58,428 bases of DNA. It comes from Elusimicrobiota bacterium (GTDB taxonomy: Bacteria; Elusimicrobiota; Elusimicrobia; UBA1565; JACRDR01). The first letter of the stretch is position 1; each line of letters begins with the position of its first letter. Location: the NCBI GenBank assembly GCA_016207565.1, contig JACQPK010000267.1:1-58428 (forward strand), in the 5' to 3' direction. Shown piece by piece: positions 35,645 through 43,980 of this stretch. The notes beneath the pieces were generated by a model. It ran no database searches. It was not told where the DNA came from and saw nothing but the letters and a program-made list of their open reading frames with translations. A program made the position numbers and the translations under genes.

Positions 35645-36115
35645 TCAAGGGGTCTTCTTCTTGACGCGGACGAGCACGTGGCGCACCTCGAGCGTGTCCC
35701 CCTCGAAGTCCTCGTGGAGCCCGAGCTCGACGACGCGGTACCACAGCCGTCCGGGCTCCACCGCGTAGACGTGGTTCGTGCACAGGCAGGCGAACTCGAA
35801 GCCGAGAGAGGCCTCGGGCGGCTTGACGTGGTGGGGCGCGGCGAAGAAGCGCAGGAGCCCCTTCGTCTCGTTACGATACACGAGCACGAGCTTGCGCGTT
35901 TCTCCGGGCCGCAACGCGACGTTCGCGCCCTTGATCTCGGGCCCCGCGGGGAGCCGCGAGGCATCCGAAACCTCGCCCATCTTCCAGAGAGGCAGGCGGG
36001 TGCTCGCGTCGTACTCGTGCACGCGCATCGCCTTCGGGAGGTCGCGGTAGTCCCACCGGATGGAGACGGTCGCGGCCCACGCGCTCGCCGCGAGCAGCGG
36101 CAGCAGCCCGGTCAT
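35645..36115 (-). CDS. Secreted hypothetical protein
   Basis: 156 aa with signal peptide MTGLLPLLAASAWAA. It starts immediately after the regulator stop. Confidence 0.6.
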   Translation of the reverse strand: MTGLLPLLAASAWAATVSIRWDYRDLPKAMRVHEYDASTRLPLWKMGEVSDASRLPAGPEIKGANVALRPGETRKLVLVYRNETKGLLRFFAAPHHVKPPEASLGFEFACLCTNHVYAVEPGRLWYRVVELGLHEDFEGDTLEVRHVLVRVKKKTP

Positions 36116-36799
36116 CTAGGAGAAGTAGCGGAAGCCCTTGCCGGGGACGGCCTGGAGCCGGTCCGCCAGGGACTGCGGGAGCTTGCGGCGCAGCTTCGAC
36201 ATGTGAGCGTCGACGAGGTTGTCGACGGCGACCGTCCGCCAGAGCGTCGAGAGGATCCACTCGCGGCTGAGCACCTTCGGCCGCTTCTTCACGAGCGCGT
36301 AGAAAAGGTCGAACTCCTTGGCGGTGAGGTTCGGAATCGTGACGTCGCCGAACTTTACGAGATGCGCGGCGGGGTCGATGGTCAGGTCGCCGGCCTCGAG
36401 CTGCCCCCCCTCGTCCTTGTCGAGCGCGAGGCGGTTCATGAGCGCCTGCGCCCAGAGGAGCAGCTCCTGCGGGAGGACGGGCTTCACGAGGTACTGGTCC
36501 GCGCCGGACTCGAAGCCCTCCTTCTTCTCGTCGAGCTGTCCCTTGCCGGTGAGCATGATCACCGGCGTCGCGTGAAGCGTCTTGTGCGCGCGGACCTTCT
36601 TGCAGAAATCGTAGCCCGTGCCGTCGGGGAGCCCCACGTCGAGCACGATGAGGTCGGGCTTCTCCGTCTGGAAGAGGTGGTAGCCGACCTCGATCCCCTC
36701 GGACTCCAGCACGCGATGGCCGAGGCTGGCGAGCGCCGCGGCGAACGCGCGGCGCGTGTTGCCGTCGTCCTCGATCATCAGGATCGTCTTGCCCGCCAT
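36116..36799 (-). CDS. OmpR/PhoB-type response regulator
   Basis: Receiver domain (ILMIEDD...DLIVLDVGLPDGTG...MLTGKG) plus a winged-helix C-terminus (LTAKEFDLFYAL...VDAHMSKLRRKL...GKGFRY). TATACT lies 8 nt before the ATG. Confidence 0.9.
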   Translation of the reverse strand: MAGKTILMIEDDGNTRRAFAAALASLGHRVLESEGIEVGYHLFQTEKPDLIVLDVGLPDGTGYDFCKKVRAHKTLHATPVIMLTGKGQLDEKKEGFESGADQYLVKPVLPQELLLWAQALMNRLALDKDEGGQLEAGDLTIDPAAHLVKFGDVTIPNLTAKEFDLFYALVKKRPKVLSREWILSTLWRTVAVDNLVDAHMSKLRRKLPQSLADRLQAVPGKGFRYFS

Positions 36800-36834
36800 T
36801 GGCCGCGAGTATATCAACTTGGATGCCGGTTGAG

Positions 36835-36843
36835 TGCTATCAT
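36835..36843 (+). promoter_or_regulatory. Extended -10 candidate TGCTATCAT, 6 nt before ATG 36850
   Basis: Identical 9-mer to the tRNA-Ser promoter candidate. No SD is present. Confidence 0.4.
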
Positions 36844-36849
36844 GGCCGC

Positions 36850-37608
36850 ATGGCGCACGCGGACACGATCTTCGCGTACTCCGATGGAGCCTGCTCGGGC
36901 AACCCAGGGCCCGGCGGCTGGGGCGTCGTCCTGATCCTGCCGGAAGGCCGCGTCCGCGAGCTCGGCGGCGGCGAGCGCCCCACGACCAACAACCGGATGG
37001 AGCTCCTGGGCGCGATCGCGGCGCTGCGCGCGGTCGCCGACCGCCCGGAGCCCGTGAAGCTGTTCACGGACTCCTCCTACGTCGTCAACGGCGCCACGCT
37101 CTGGGTCCACGGCTGGCGGCGGCGCGGCTGGAAGACGATGGAAGGCAAGGACGTCCTCAACCGCGACCTCTGGGAGACGCTGACGGAGCTATCGGCCGCC
37201 CGGCGCGAGCGCCTCAAGTGGGTCCAGGTGAAGGGCCACGCGGGCCACGACCTCAACGAGCGCTGCGACGAGATCGCGGTCGCCTACACGAAGGGGAAGC
37301 GCCCCGAGCTCTACGACGGGCCGGCGATCGGCTGCGGCTACTCGCTGCTGGAGCCGGGGGCGGAGCTGCTGCGCAGCGCGGTGCGAAAACCCTCCGGTCC
37401 GATCCGCGAGAAACCGAAGGGCGGCTACGGGACCAGGCGCCGTTGCGCCGCCGCCAGCTGGTACCTGAGCCTCGTGGCGGGCAAGTTCGAGAAGCACGCC
37501 ACCTGGCCCGAGTGCCAGGCGCGCGTCAGCGGCGTGAGTGGCGCCAGGTTCAAGAAGGTCACCTCCCCCGACGAGGAGGAGTCCATCCGCCGCGCCTGGG
37601 GCTGTTAA
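36850..37608 (+). CDS. rnhA: Ribonuclease HI with C-terminal hybrid-binding (Cauli_VI/RNase H1 N-terminal-like) domain
   Basis: RNase H core SDGACSGNPGPGGWG...TNNRMEL...TDSSYV...HAGHDLNERCDEIA. The C-terminal WYLSLVAGKFEKHATWPECQARVSGVSGARFKKVTSPDEEES matches the HBD pattern. Confidence 0.85.
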   Translation: MAHADTIFAYSDGACSGNPGPGGWGVVLILPEGRVRELGGGERPTTNNRMELLGAIAALRAVADRPEPVKLFTDSSYVVNGATLWVHGWRRRGWKTMEGKDVLNRDLWETLTELSAARRERLKWVQVKGHAGHDLNERCDEIAVAYTKGKRPELYDGPAIGCGYSLLEPGAELLRSAVRKPSGPIREKPKGGYGTRRRCAAASWYLSLVAGKFEKHATWPECQARVSGVSGARFKKVTSPDEEESIRRAWGC

Positions 37609-37649
37609 AAAAGTAAACCCTGGGGACTGTCCCCAACGTTTACTTTTTT
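37607..37649. terminator. Bidirectional intrinsic terminator between convergent genes
   Basis: AAAAAAGTAAAC...TGGGGA-ctg-TCCCCA...GTTTACTTTTTT. This is a GC hairpin flanked by an A-tract and a T-tract that also pair with each other. Confidence 0.75.
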
Positions 37650-37651
37650 GC

Positions 37652-38233
37652 CTAGGGAGCCTGGGGCTCGTCGGGCTCGGTGATGTAGCCGGAACCCTCG
37701 ATCCAGCCGGAGCCGCTCACGCGGACCCAGCCGCCGTTGTTGTAGCCGTTGACCGGGATCGAGCCCTCGACCCGGATCGTCCCCACGTAGCGCCCTCCTT
37801 TATAGAGCGTCACGTAGGCCGACGGCCGGGCCCAGCCGTTCACCCAGCTTCCGTTGACGTAGTAGGTATCGGAGTGGGACACGGTGACGAAGCCGCTCAG
37901 GTAGCGGCCCTCGTTGTCTTGGAGCTGCGTGTTGCCGCTGACCGTGATCCAGACGTAGCCGGTCCGGCCGTTCCCGACGTAAGCGTCCCCGGAGACGTAG
38001 ACGTGGCCGCGGAGCGTGACGTACTTGCTCTGCCCCGCCGCGACCTTCCGCAGGGACGCGCCGGGCGCGGCGGTCCGGGCCTCGAGGGCGCGGATCGGAT
38101 GGCGAAGCTTGAAGGCCCCGAGGGACCCAAACGCCTGGACGGCGGAGGCGGCGGACACTTCCGCCGAGCCGACCGCCGCGGCGGGCGCGGCGAGACCGAA
38201 CGACAACCCGAGCATGAGGAGTCCTTTCATCAT
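37652..38233 (-). CDS. Secreted beta-rich Gly/Tyr/Val repeat protein, hypothetical
   Basis: Signal peptide MMKGLLMLGLSFGLAAPAAA. TTGCAC-18-TAGAAT-6-ATG promoter geometry at 38240-38269. Confidence 0.6.
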   Translation of the reverse strand: MMKGLLMLGLSFGLAAPAAAVGSAEVSAASAVQAFGSLGAFKLRHPIRALEARTAAPGASLRKVAAGQSKYVTLRGHVYVSGDAYVGNGRTGYVWITVSGNTQLQDNEGRYLSGFVTVSHSDTYYVNGSWVNGWARPSAYVTLYKGGRYVGTIRVEGSIPVNGYNNGGWVRVSGSGWIEGSGYITEPDEPQAP

Positions 38234-38280
38234 GCGCCGATTCTAGGACTTTGGGCCCGGCTTGTGCAAACGGACCGGGA

Positions 38281-38395
38281 CTCAATAAGCGCTGAACCCC
38301 ACAGGTGGAGACGCCAAAATCGTTGAATTCATTACATTTTCACGTTGAGCGCTGTTTGGTTGGAGTCCCCGAAGTGCGGGGGCTAGACTATCCGC
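38281..38395 (+). promoter_or_regulatory. Conserved upstream module, copy C (-35 TGGAGT 38361-38366, -10 TAGACT 38384-38389, ATG 38396)
   Basis: Colinear with copies A and B. The -10 is followed by exactly 6 nt and then ATG, with no SD. Confidence 0.55.
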
Positions 38396-39466
38396 ATGAA
38401 GAACATCCTGCTTCTCACGGCCCTCGCGACCCTCACGCTCGCCGCGCCGGCCGCGGCCGCCCAAAAGCCCTTCGCCCGGACCACTCCGAAGCGCAAGCTC
38501 TCACGCCTACAGGCCCCGCCTTCGAACCGGCCGGGCTTCCTGAATTTCTGGGCCGCCTTCACCGCCGGCTCCGCCCCGCAGACCGGCCTCCAGTCGACGC
38601 AGGCCGGCACTCCGGAGAGCGGCCGGTTCATCGGCGGCCCGGCGCTCGGCGCCGCCACGGCGACCCGATACGGCGGCATCGGCGACACTGCGAGCTCCGG
38701 CAGTCCGTCGACGTCCACGCACGCCGGGGTGATTTCGAATACCTTCCCTACATCCCTGTCATTCGACCAGCGGAGCACCGAACTCCGGCCGTACTCGAGC
38801 GCGCCCGGACCGCGGCGGCTCTCGCGCGACTATGTGTCCAACCCGCCGCTGATCTGCCCCTACGGCAGCCCGGCGGGCGAGCCGGGCACCGGCCTCTGCC
38901 GCTACCGAGGCCTGGTGATGGCCGAGGCCTACCCACCCCCCACTCCGGAGGGTTTCGTGGAGAGGGAGATCTACGCGCTGGAGCATTGGCCCGGGCAGGG
39001 CTGGGGGCATCGGATGCTGCGGATGGGAGCCGGCGCCAAGTGGGCGGTGCGCTTCAAGGCCGAAACGACGAACGCCGTCCAAGTCGGCGGCCTGTACGCC
39101 CTTCCCCTCCGCAGCCCGATGGCAATGTTCGTCTCAGTCTCGCGCAGGCCCGGAGATTTCGACGTGGCGCCGGGCTGCCTGCGCACGCCGGCGAGTCTGG
39201 CGAACGACGACGGCGGCGGCGCGCCCAACGTCGACGCGGTCATCGAGCTGCGCTTCACCCGGACGCCCGACGCGGGCCAGCGCCAACAGGCGGAGCTCGG
39301 GAACCTCTGCATCCTCGAGCCCGGCGGCCACTACTACCTCAACGTCGCCGGGCGCTGCGCGCCGGAGCTCGACCCGGACAATCTCTACCGCGAGGCCCGA
39401 GACACGTGGGGCTGCCCCGTCGCGCTATCGAATATAAACCGCTACGTCAACGCCAGCATGCCTTGA
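38396..39466 (+). CDS. Secreted Cys-rich protein (paralog of 33205-34248)
   Basis: Signal peptide MKNILLLTALATLTLAAPAAAA. See the paralog alignment blocks listed for 33205-34248. Confidence 0.65.
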   Translation: MKNILLLTALATLTLAAPAAAAQKPFARTTPKRKLSRLQAPPSNRPGFLNFWAAFTAGSAPQTGLQSTQAGTPESGRFIGGPALGAATATRYGGIGDTASSGSPSTSTHAGVISNTFPTSLSFDQRSTELRPYSSAPGPRRLSRDYVSNPPLICPYGSPAGEPGTGLCRYRGLVMAEAYPPPTPEGFVEREIYALEHWPGQGWGHRMLRMGAGAKWAVRFKAETTNAVQVGGLYALPLRSPMAMFVSVSRRPGDFDVAPGCLRTPASLANDDGGGAPNVDAVIELRFTRTPDAGQRQQAELGNLCILEPGGHYYLNVAGRCAPELDPDNLYREARDTWGCPVALSNINRYVNASMP

Positions 39467-39474
39467 CCGCGCAG

Positions 39475-40752
39475 CTAACAGTGCCGGAAGGCGCGGCGGG
39501 CGGCGGCGATCGTCCGATCGATATCCGCGGGGGTGTGCGCCGCCGACAGGAAGGCGGCCTCGAACTGCGCTGGCGGCAGGTACACGCCCGCGTCCAGCAT
39601 CGCCTGGAAGAACCGCGCGTAGCGCTTGGTGTCCGCGGTCTTCGCCGACGCGTAGTCGCGCACCGCGTTCGACGTGAAAAACAGCGTGAACATCGAGCCG
39701 GTCGACTGAACGCGCGCCGGCACGCCGGCCTCGTCCGCCGCCTGCTGCAGGCCGCGCGCCAGCCGGCGCGTCAACGACTCGAGCCGTGCGTACGGGGACG
39801 TCCGCCGCAGCGTCCGCAGGCACTCGAGGCCCGCCGCGACCGCGACCGGGTTGCCCGAGAGCGTCCCGGCCTGATACACCGGCCCCAGCGGCGCGACGAG
39901 CTCCATCACCTCTCTGCGCCCGCCGTAAGCGCCGATCGGGAATCCCCCCCCCACGATCTTGCCCAGGCAGGTCAGGTCGGGCTCGATCGCGAAGCGCTCC
40001 TGCGCGCCGCCGAGCCCGAGGCGGAAACCGGTGATGACCTCGTCGAAGACGAGCAGCGCCCGGTGGCGCTTCGTGATCCGCCGAAGCGCCTCGAGAAAGC
40101 CTCGCTCCGGCAGGACGGTCCCCATGTTTCCCACGACGGGCTCGACGATCAGCGCCGCGATGCGCGCGCCGTGCTTGCGGAACGCCGCCTCCACGGCCGC
40201 GGGGTCGTTGTAGGGCAGGACGATCGTGGTGCGCGCCCAGGCCTCCGGCACGCCGGCGGAGTCGGGGCGGCCCAGCGTCAGCGCCCCGGAGCCGGCGGCG
40301 ACCAGGAGGCTGTCGGCGTGGCCGTGGTAGCAGCCCTGGAACTTGATCACGCAGTCGCGCTTCGTCCAGGCGCGGGCGACGCGCAGCGCGCTCATCACCG
40401 CCTCGGTGCCGGAGCTCGTCAGCCGGACGCGCTCCATCGAGGGATAGGCGCGGCGGATCTCCTCGGCGAGGAGGACCTCGCCTTCGGTCGGCGCCCCGAA
40501 GCTCGCGCCGCGGGCGGCGGCGGCGGCGGCCGCGCGCGTCACCCCGCGGTGCGCGTGCCCGAGGATGAGCGGCCCCCAGGACAGGCAGTAGTCGATGTAG
40601 CGCTTGCCGTCGGCGTCGATGAGCCGCGCGCCGGAGCCCCGCTGGGCGAAGACGGGCGTGCCGCCGACGGCCCGGAAGGCGCGGACCGGGGAGTTTACGC
40701 CGCCGACGAGGACGCGTTGGGCGCGGGCGAACAAGGCTCGAGAGCGTTTCAT
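39475..40752 (-). CDS. hemL: Glutamate-1-semialdehyde 2,1-aminomutase
   Basis: VNSPVRAF, SGTEA, VFDEVITGFR and the GKIVGGGFP (PLP-Lys) context. Confidence 0.92.
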   Translation of the reverse strand: MKRSRALFARAQRVLVGGVNSPVRAFRAVGGTPVFAQRGSGARLIDADGKRYIDYCLSWGPLILGHAHRGVTRAAAAAAARGASFGAPTEGEVLLAEEIRRAYPSMERVRLTSSGTEAVMSALRVARAWTKRDCVIKFQGCYHGHADSLLVAAGSGALTLGRPDSAGVPEAWARTTIVLPYNDPAAVEAAFRKHGARIAALIVEPVVGNMGTVLPERGFLEALRRITKRHRALLVFDEVITGFRLGLGGAQERFAIEPDLTCLGKIVGGGFPIGAYGGRREVMELVAPLGPVYQAGTLSGNPVAVAAGLECLRTLRRTSPYARLESLTRRLARGLQQAADEAGVPARVQSTGSMFTLFFTSNAVRDYASAKTADTKRYARFFQAMLDAGVYLPPAQFEAAFLSAAHTPADIDRTIAAARRAFRHC

Positions 40753-41180
40753 GGCCGCGACAATAGCAACGTCCCGGCCACCACGAGCACCGTCCCCGCG
40801 ACCTTGGAGCCCGTGAGCGGCTCCTTCAAAAACAGCGTCGCCAGGAGCATCGTAAATAGCGGGAACGCCGCGCAGAACGGGACGACCTTCGAGGCCTCCG
40901 CGGACGCCAGCGCGCGGTAATACAGGAACACACCCAACAGCGGCAGCGTCACGCTGCCCGCGAGCATCCACAGCACGCGCCGGTCGGCGCGCCAGACCGC
41001 GAGACGGATCTCGTCGAAGTAGAGCACCATCGGCATCAGCAGGATCACGAAGAAGAGGTAGAAGCGGGCGAGGAACAGGTGATGGCTGTCGAGCCTCTCG
41101 AGCGCCGCCTTGTCGAAGTAGGCGCCCGCGCCCCAAAGGCAGATCACGGCCACGCACGTCAGGATCGTCGTCGCGCTCAT
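40749..41180 (-). CDS. EamA-like (DMT superfamily) small membrane protein
   Basis: 143 aa, 4-5 TM, single EamA-type half. ATGA overlaps at both ends, with hemB upstream and hemL downstream. Confidence 0.65.
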   Translation of the reverse strand: MSATTILTCVAVICLWGAGAYFDKAALERLDSHHLFLARFYLFFVILLMPMVLYFDEIRLAVWRADRRVLWMLAGSVTLPLLGVFLYYRALASAEASKVVPFCAAFPLFTMLLATLFLKEPLTGSKVAGTVLVVAGTLLLSRP

Positions 41181-42205
41181 CGACCGGTAAGGCCGCGCGC
41201 GTCAGCGCGCGCGGCACGGCCGTAAGGAGAACGGCCTTCGGCCAGCCAGCGGGCGGCGTCGAGCGCGTAGTACGTGAGGATGAGGTCGGCGCCGGCGCGC
41301 TTGATCGAGGTCAGCACCTCAAGCGCGATGCGCTTCTCATCGATCCAGCCCTTGGCGCCCGCCGCCTTGATCATCGCGTACTCGCCGGACACGCTGTAGG
41401 CCGCGGTCGGCATGCCGAACCGCTCCTTCACCTTCGAGAGCACGTCGAGGTAGGCGAGGGCCGGCTTCACCATCACCATGTCCGCCCCCTCCTCGACGTC
41501 GAGGGCGACCTCGCGCAGCGCCTCGAGGACGTTGGATGGGTCCATCTGGTACGTCGAGCGGTCGCCGAACTGCGGCGGCGACTCGGCCGCGTCGCGGAAG
41601 GGGCCGTAGAAGCCGGAGGCGTATTTCGCGGCGTAGGCGAGGATCGGAGTGTCCCGCAGCCCCGCGCCGTCGAGCGCCCGCCGGATCGCCGCGACCTGGC
41701 CGTCCATCATGCCGGAAGGCGCGATGACGTCGGCGCCGGCCTTCGCCTGGCTGACCGCGGTCTTCGCGGCGAGCTCGAGCGTGTCGTCGTTGTCGACGCG
41801 GCCGTTCTTCACCACGCCGCAGTGGCCGTGGTCGGTGTACTCGCAAAAGCAGAGGTCCGCCATCACGGCCATGTCGGGGAGAGCGTCCTTGACGGCCGCC
41901 GCCGCTCGCTGCACGATGCCGTCGGCGGCGTAGGCGCCTCTCGCCAGCGAGTCCTTCTTCTCGGGGATGCCGAAGAGGATGATCGAGCGCACCCCCGCCT
42001 TCCAGGCCTCCTTCGAGAGCTTGACCCCTTCGTCGACGGAAAGCTGGAACTGCCCCGGCATGGAGCCGATCGGCCGGCGCTCGTTCTTGCCGGGACGGAT
42101 GAAGAGCGGCAGGATGAAGTCGGAGGGCTCGAGCCGGGTCTCGCGGACCAACTCGCGGATCGCCGGGGTCGAACGGAGCCGTCTCAGCCGGGTGGCGGGG
42201 AACAT
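41177..42205 (-). CDS. hemB: Porphobilinogen synthase (delta-aminolevulinic acid dehydratase)
   Basis: RLRRLR..., the Cys-rich metal site [14 protein letters not shown], and the active-site VMVKPA region. Confidence 0.92.
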   Translation of the reverse strand: MFPATRLRRLRSTPAIRELVRETRLEPSDFILPLFIRPGKNERRPIGSMPGQFQLSVDEGVKLSKEAWKAGVRSIILFGIPEKKDSLARGAYAADGIVQRAAAAVKDALPDMAVMADLCFCEYTDHGHCGVVKNGRVDNDDTLELAAKTAVSQAKAGADVIAPSGMMDGQVAAIRRALDGAGLRDTPILAYAAKYASGFYGPFRDAAESPPQFGDRSTYQMDPSNVLEALREVALDVEEGADMVMVKPALAYLDVLSKVKERFGMPTAAYSVSGEYAMIKAAGAKGWIDEKRIALEVLTSIKRAGADLILTYYALDAARWLAEGRSPYGRAARADARGLTGR

Positions 42206-42224
42206 GACCCCGCCATTCTACTAC

Positions 42225-43208
42225 TTACCGGCTTTTCGAAAACACGGCGTCGATCCGAGCCCCCACCGCGCCGGCGTCGACGTACCGGGGCTCGGGGCCG
42301 AACGCCTCCTCGAGCCACGCGGCGAGCCGCACGCCCGCCCGCTCGAGCCGCTCGAAGGCGATCGGCTGCATGCGGTCCTGGTAGCTCTCGTCGATGCGGC
42401 CCTGCGTCCGGCGCTGCTCGGGATAGATGACGTTGGCGGCGATGTCGTGTCCCTCGAGGACCGCCGAGATCTTCGGGTCGCCCTGGAGCCACGAGCCGGT
42501 GTCGGCGCGGGCGAGGTCGGCGTTGAGGCGGTCCATGAGACCGGGGAGATCCGCGGCGACTTGCTTGTCGAGGCGGACCGGGTCGAAGGGGCCGGTCCAC
42601 GCGGGCCGCGACGCCCACTCGCGCAGTTGCACCACGCCGTCCCAGACCTGGTGGAGGCTCTTGCGGATGTCGCCGAACTCGACGCGGGCCTCAGTGCCGC
42701 CGTGGTCGTGGTTGTCGGCGACGTGCAGGGGTTGGTGGAGATCGCCGGCCAGGTGCACGAGGAACATGAGCGCGACCTTTCTCTGCTGGGCGCCGGTCTC
42801 CCGGCGGAGCGCGCGGATCTGCAAGTCGATCTGCGCCCATACGCACTCCGTGCCCTCGGGGCAGTGGCGCGGGAGGTCGGACTCGGAGACCCGCGCGCCG
42901 ACCGGGACGTTCATGTAATGCCAGTCCTTGGTCACCTTCGCCGCGTCGGCCGGGAGGGAGACGAGGCCCCCGCAGTGGATCGTGCCGCGCTCGTGCAGGA
43001 TCGCGTCGGCGCAGCTCGCCACGCGCTCGAGGCCGTCGGCGGCGCCCAACAGGCCGTCCACCTTCCGGCGCGTCTCGCTCGAGAGGCGGTCGTGGGCGAT
43101 GCGGGCGACGGCCCGGTGGGCCAGGGGACCCCAGGCGAAGGCCTCCCGGCCGAGTACCGACGACAAGGCGAGTACCGCCGCGACCGTCCTGAGTCGGCGC
43201 TGATTCAT
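42225..43208 (-). CDS. S1/P1 nuclease family protein, secreted
   Basis: Signal peptide followed by WGPLAHRAVARIA. Also has HYMNVP and HLAGDLHQPLH motifs. Confidence 0.85.
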   Translation of the reverse strand: MNQRRLRTVAAVLALSSVLGREAFAWGPLAHRAVARIAHDRLSSETRRKVDGLLGAADGLERVASCADAILHERGTIHCGGLVSLPADAAKVTKDWHYMNVPVGARVSESDLPRHCPEGTECVWAQIDLQIRALRRETGAQQRKVALMFLVHLAGDLHQPLHVADNHDHGGTEARVEFGDIRKSLHQVWDGVVQLREWASRPAWTGPFDPVRLDKQVAADLPGLMDRLNADLARADTGSWLQGDPKISAVLEGHDIAANVIYPEQRRTQGRIDESYQDRMQPIAFERLERAGVRLAAWLEEAFGPEPRYVDAGAVGARIDAVFSKSR

Positions 43209-43312
43209 GCCTCCAGGATGACCGATTCGGTGAGCCGCTTGATGAGGCCAAGGTGCTAGCCGGAAAGGAGGCTTTGGGACCAGCCGGAACCAAAGATCCG
43301 GCACCCATATTT

Positions 43313-43978
43313 CTACTTTATTTTATTGATTTTTTTCTTGCGGGTGCCCGGCGTGAGAAGCGGCTCGATGCCGCCCAAGGAACCGCCGACCTTGAAGCGG
43401 TCCAAAAACACCGCCGGGACCTTGTGGGCGACGGGGTCCTGAGGCGCGGCTCCGGAGGGGACGCGCACCAGCTGGTCCGGCTTGAGCGTGACGGTCTTGC
43501 CTTGGGCGGTGATCTCGACTTGGCTCTCCAGGCCGGCGAGCAGGGTCTCTTTCGCGTCCGTCTTGCCCCAAAACAGCGTGCCGCGAACGGCCGCGACGGC
43601 CTGGGGGGTCGAGACCCGCATCCGCCGCCCCGCCCGCAGCCTCTTCACCAGCCCCAATAGCCACTCGCCGGCCTTGAACTCGACGTTCGGGTCCTCGGCC
43701 TCGCCGCCCAAGACCAGCGTCGAGCCGCCGGCCACGAGCAGGGTCGCCCCGCCGTCGAGCTCGAGCTGCGCCACCGCCGCCTCGCCGGTCTTGATCCAGT
43801 CGCCCGAGATGAGCGTCGCGCCCCGCTGCGCCTTCACGAAGGCCCCGTGCCCGAGCGCCTTGATCGTGACGTCGCCCGAGACGCTGAGAATCCGCGCGTA
43901 AAACTCCGCCGCCTGCGCGCTCTTGGCGGGGGCCGCCCACGCGGCGCCCGCAAGCGAGAGGATCAACGCGAGCAGCAT
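43313..43978 (-). CDS. FecR domain-containing secreted protein
   Basis: Signal peptide MLLALILSLAGAAWA, with a FecR-type GDVTIK...ATLISGDWIKTGEAAVAQLELDGGATLLVAGGSTL region. It starts 2 nt after the addA-like stop. Confidence 0.7.
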   Translation of the reverse strand: MLLALILSLAGAAWAAPAKSAQAAEFYARILSVSGDVTIKALGHGAFVKAQRGATLISGDWIKTGEAAVAQLELDGGATLLVAGGSTLVLGGEAEDPNVEFKAGEWLLGLVKRLRAGRRMRVSTPQAVAAVRGTLFWGKTDAKETLLAGLESQVEITAQGKTVTLKPDQLVRVPSGAAPQDPVAHKVPAVFLDRFKVGGSLGGIEPLLTPGTRKKKINKIK

Positions 43979-43980
43979 CG

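Noticed and set aside
43209-43312. The hairpin GCCGGA-accaaaga-TCCGGC, considered as a terminator after the FecR-domain gene.
   Set aside because: The stem is only 6 bp and no U-tract follows on the transcribed (minus) strand, so it is not convincing as an intrinsic terminator.
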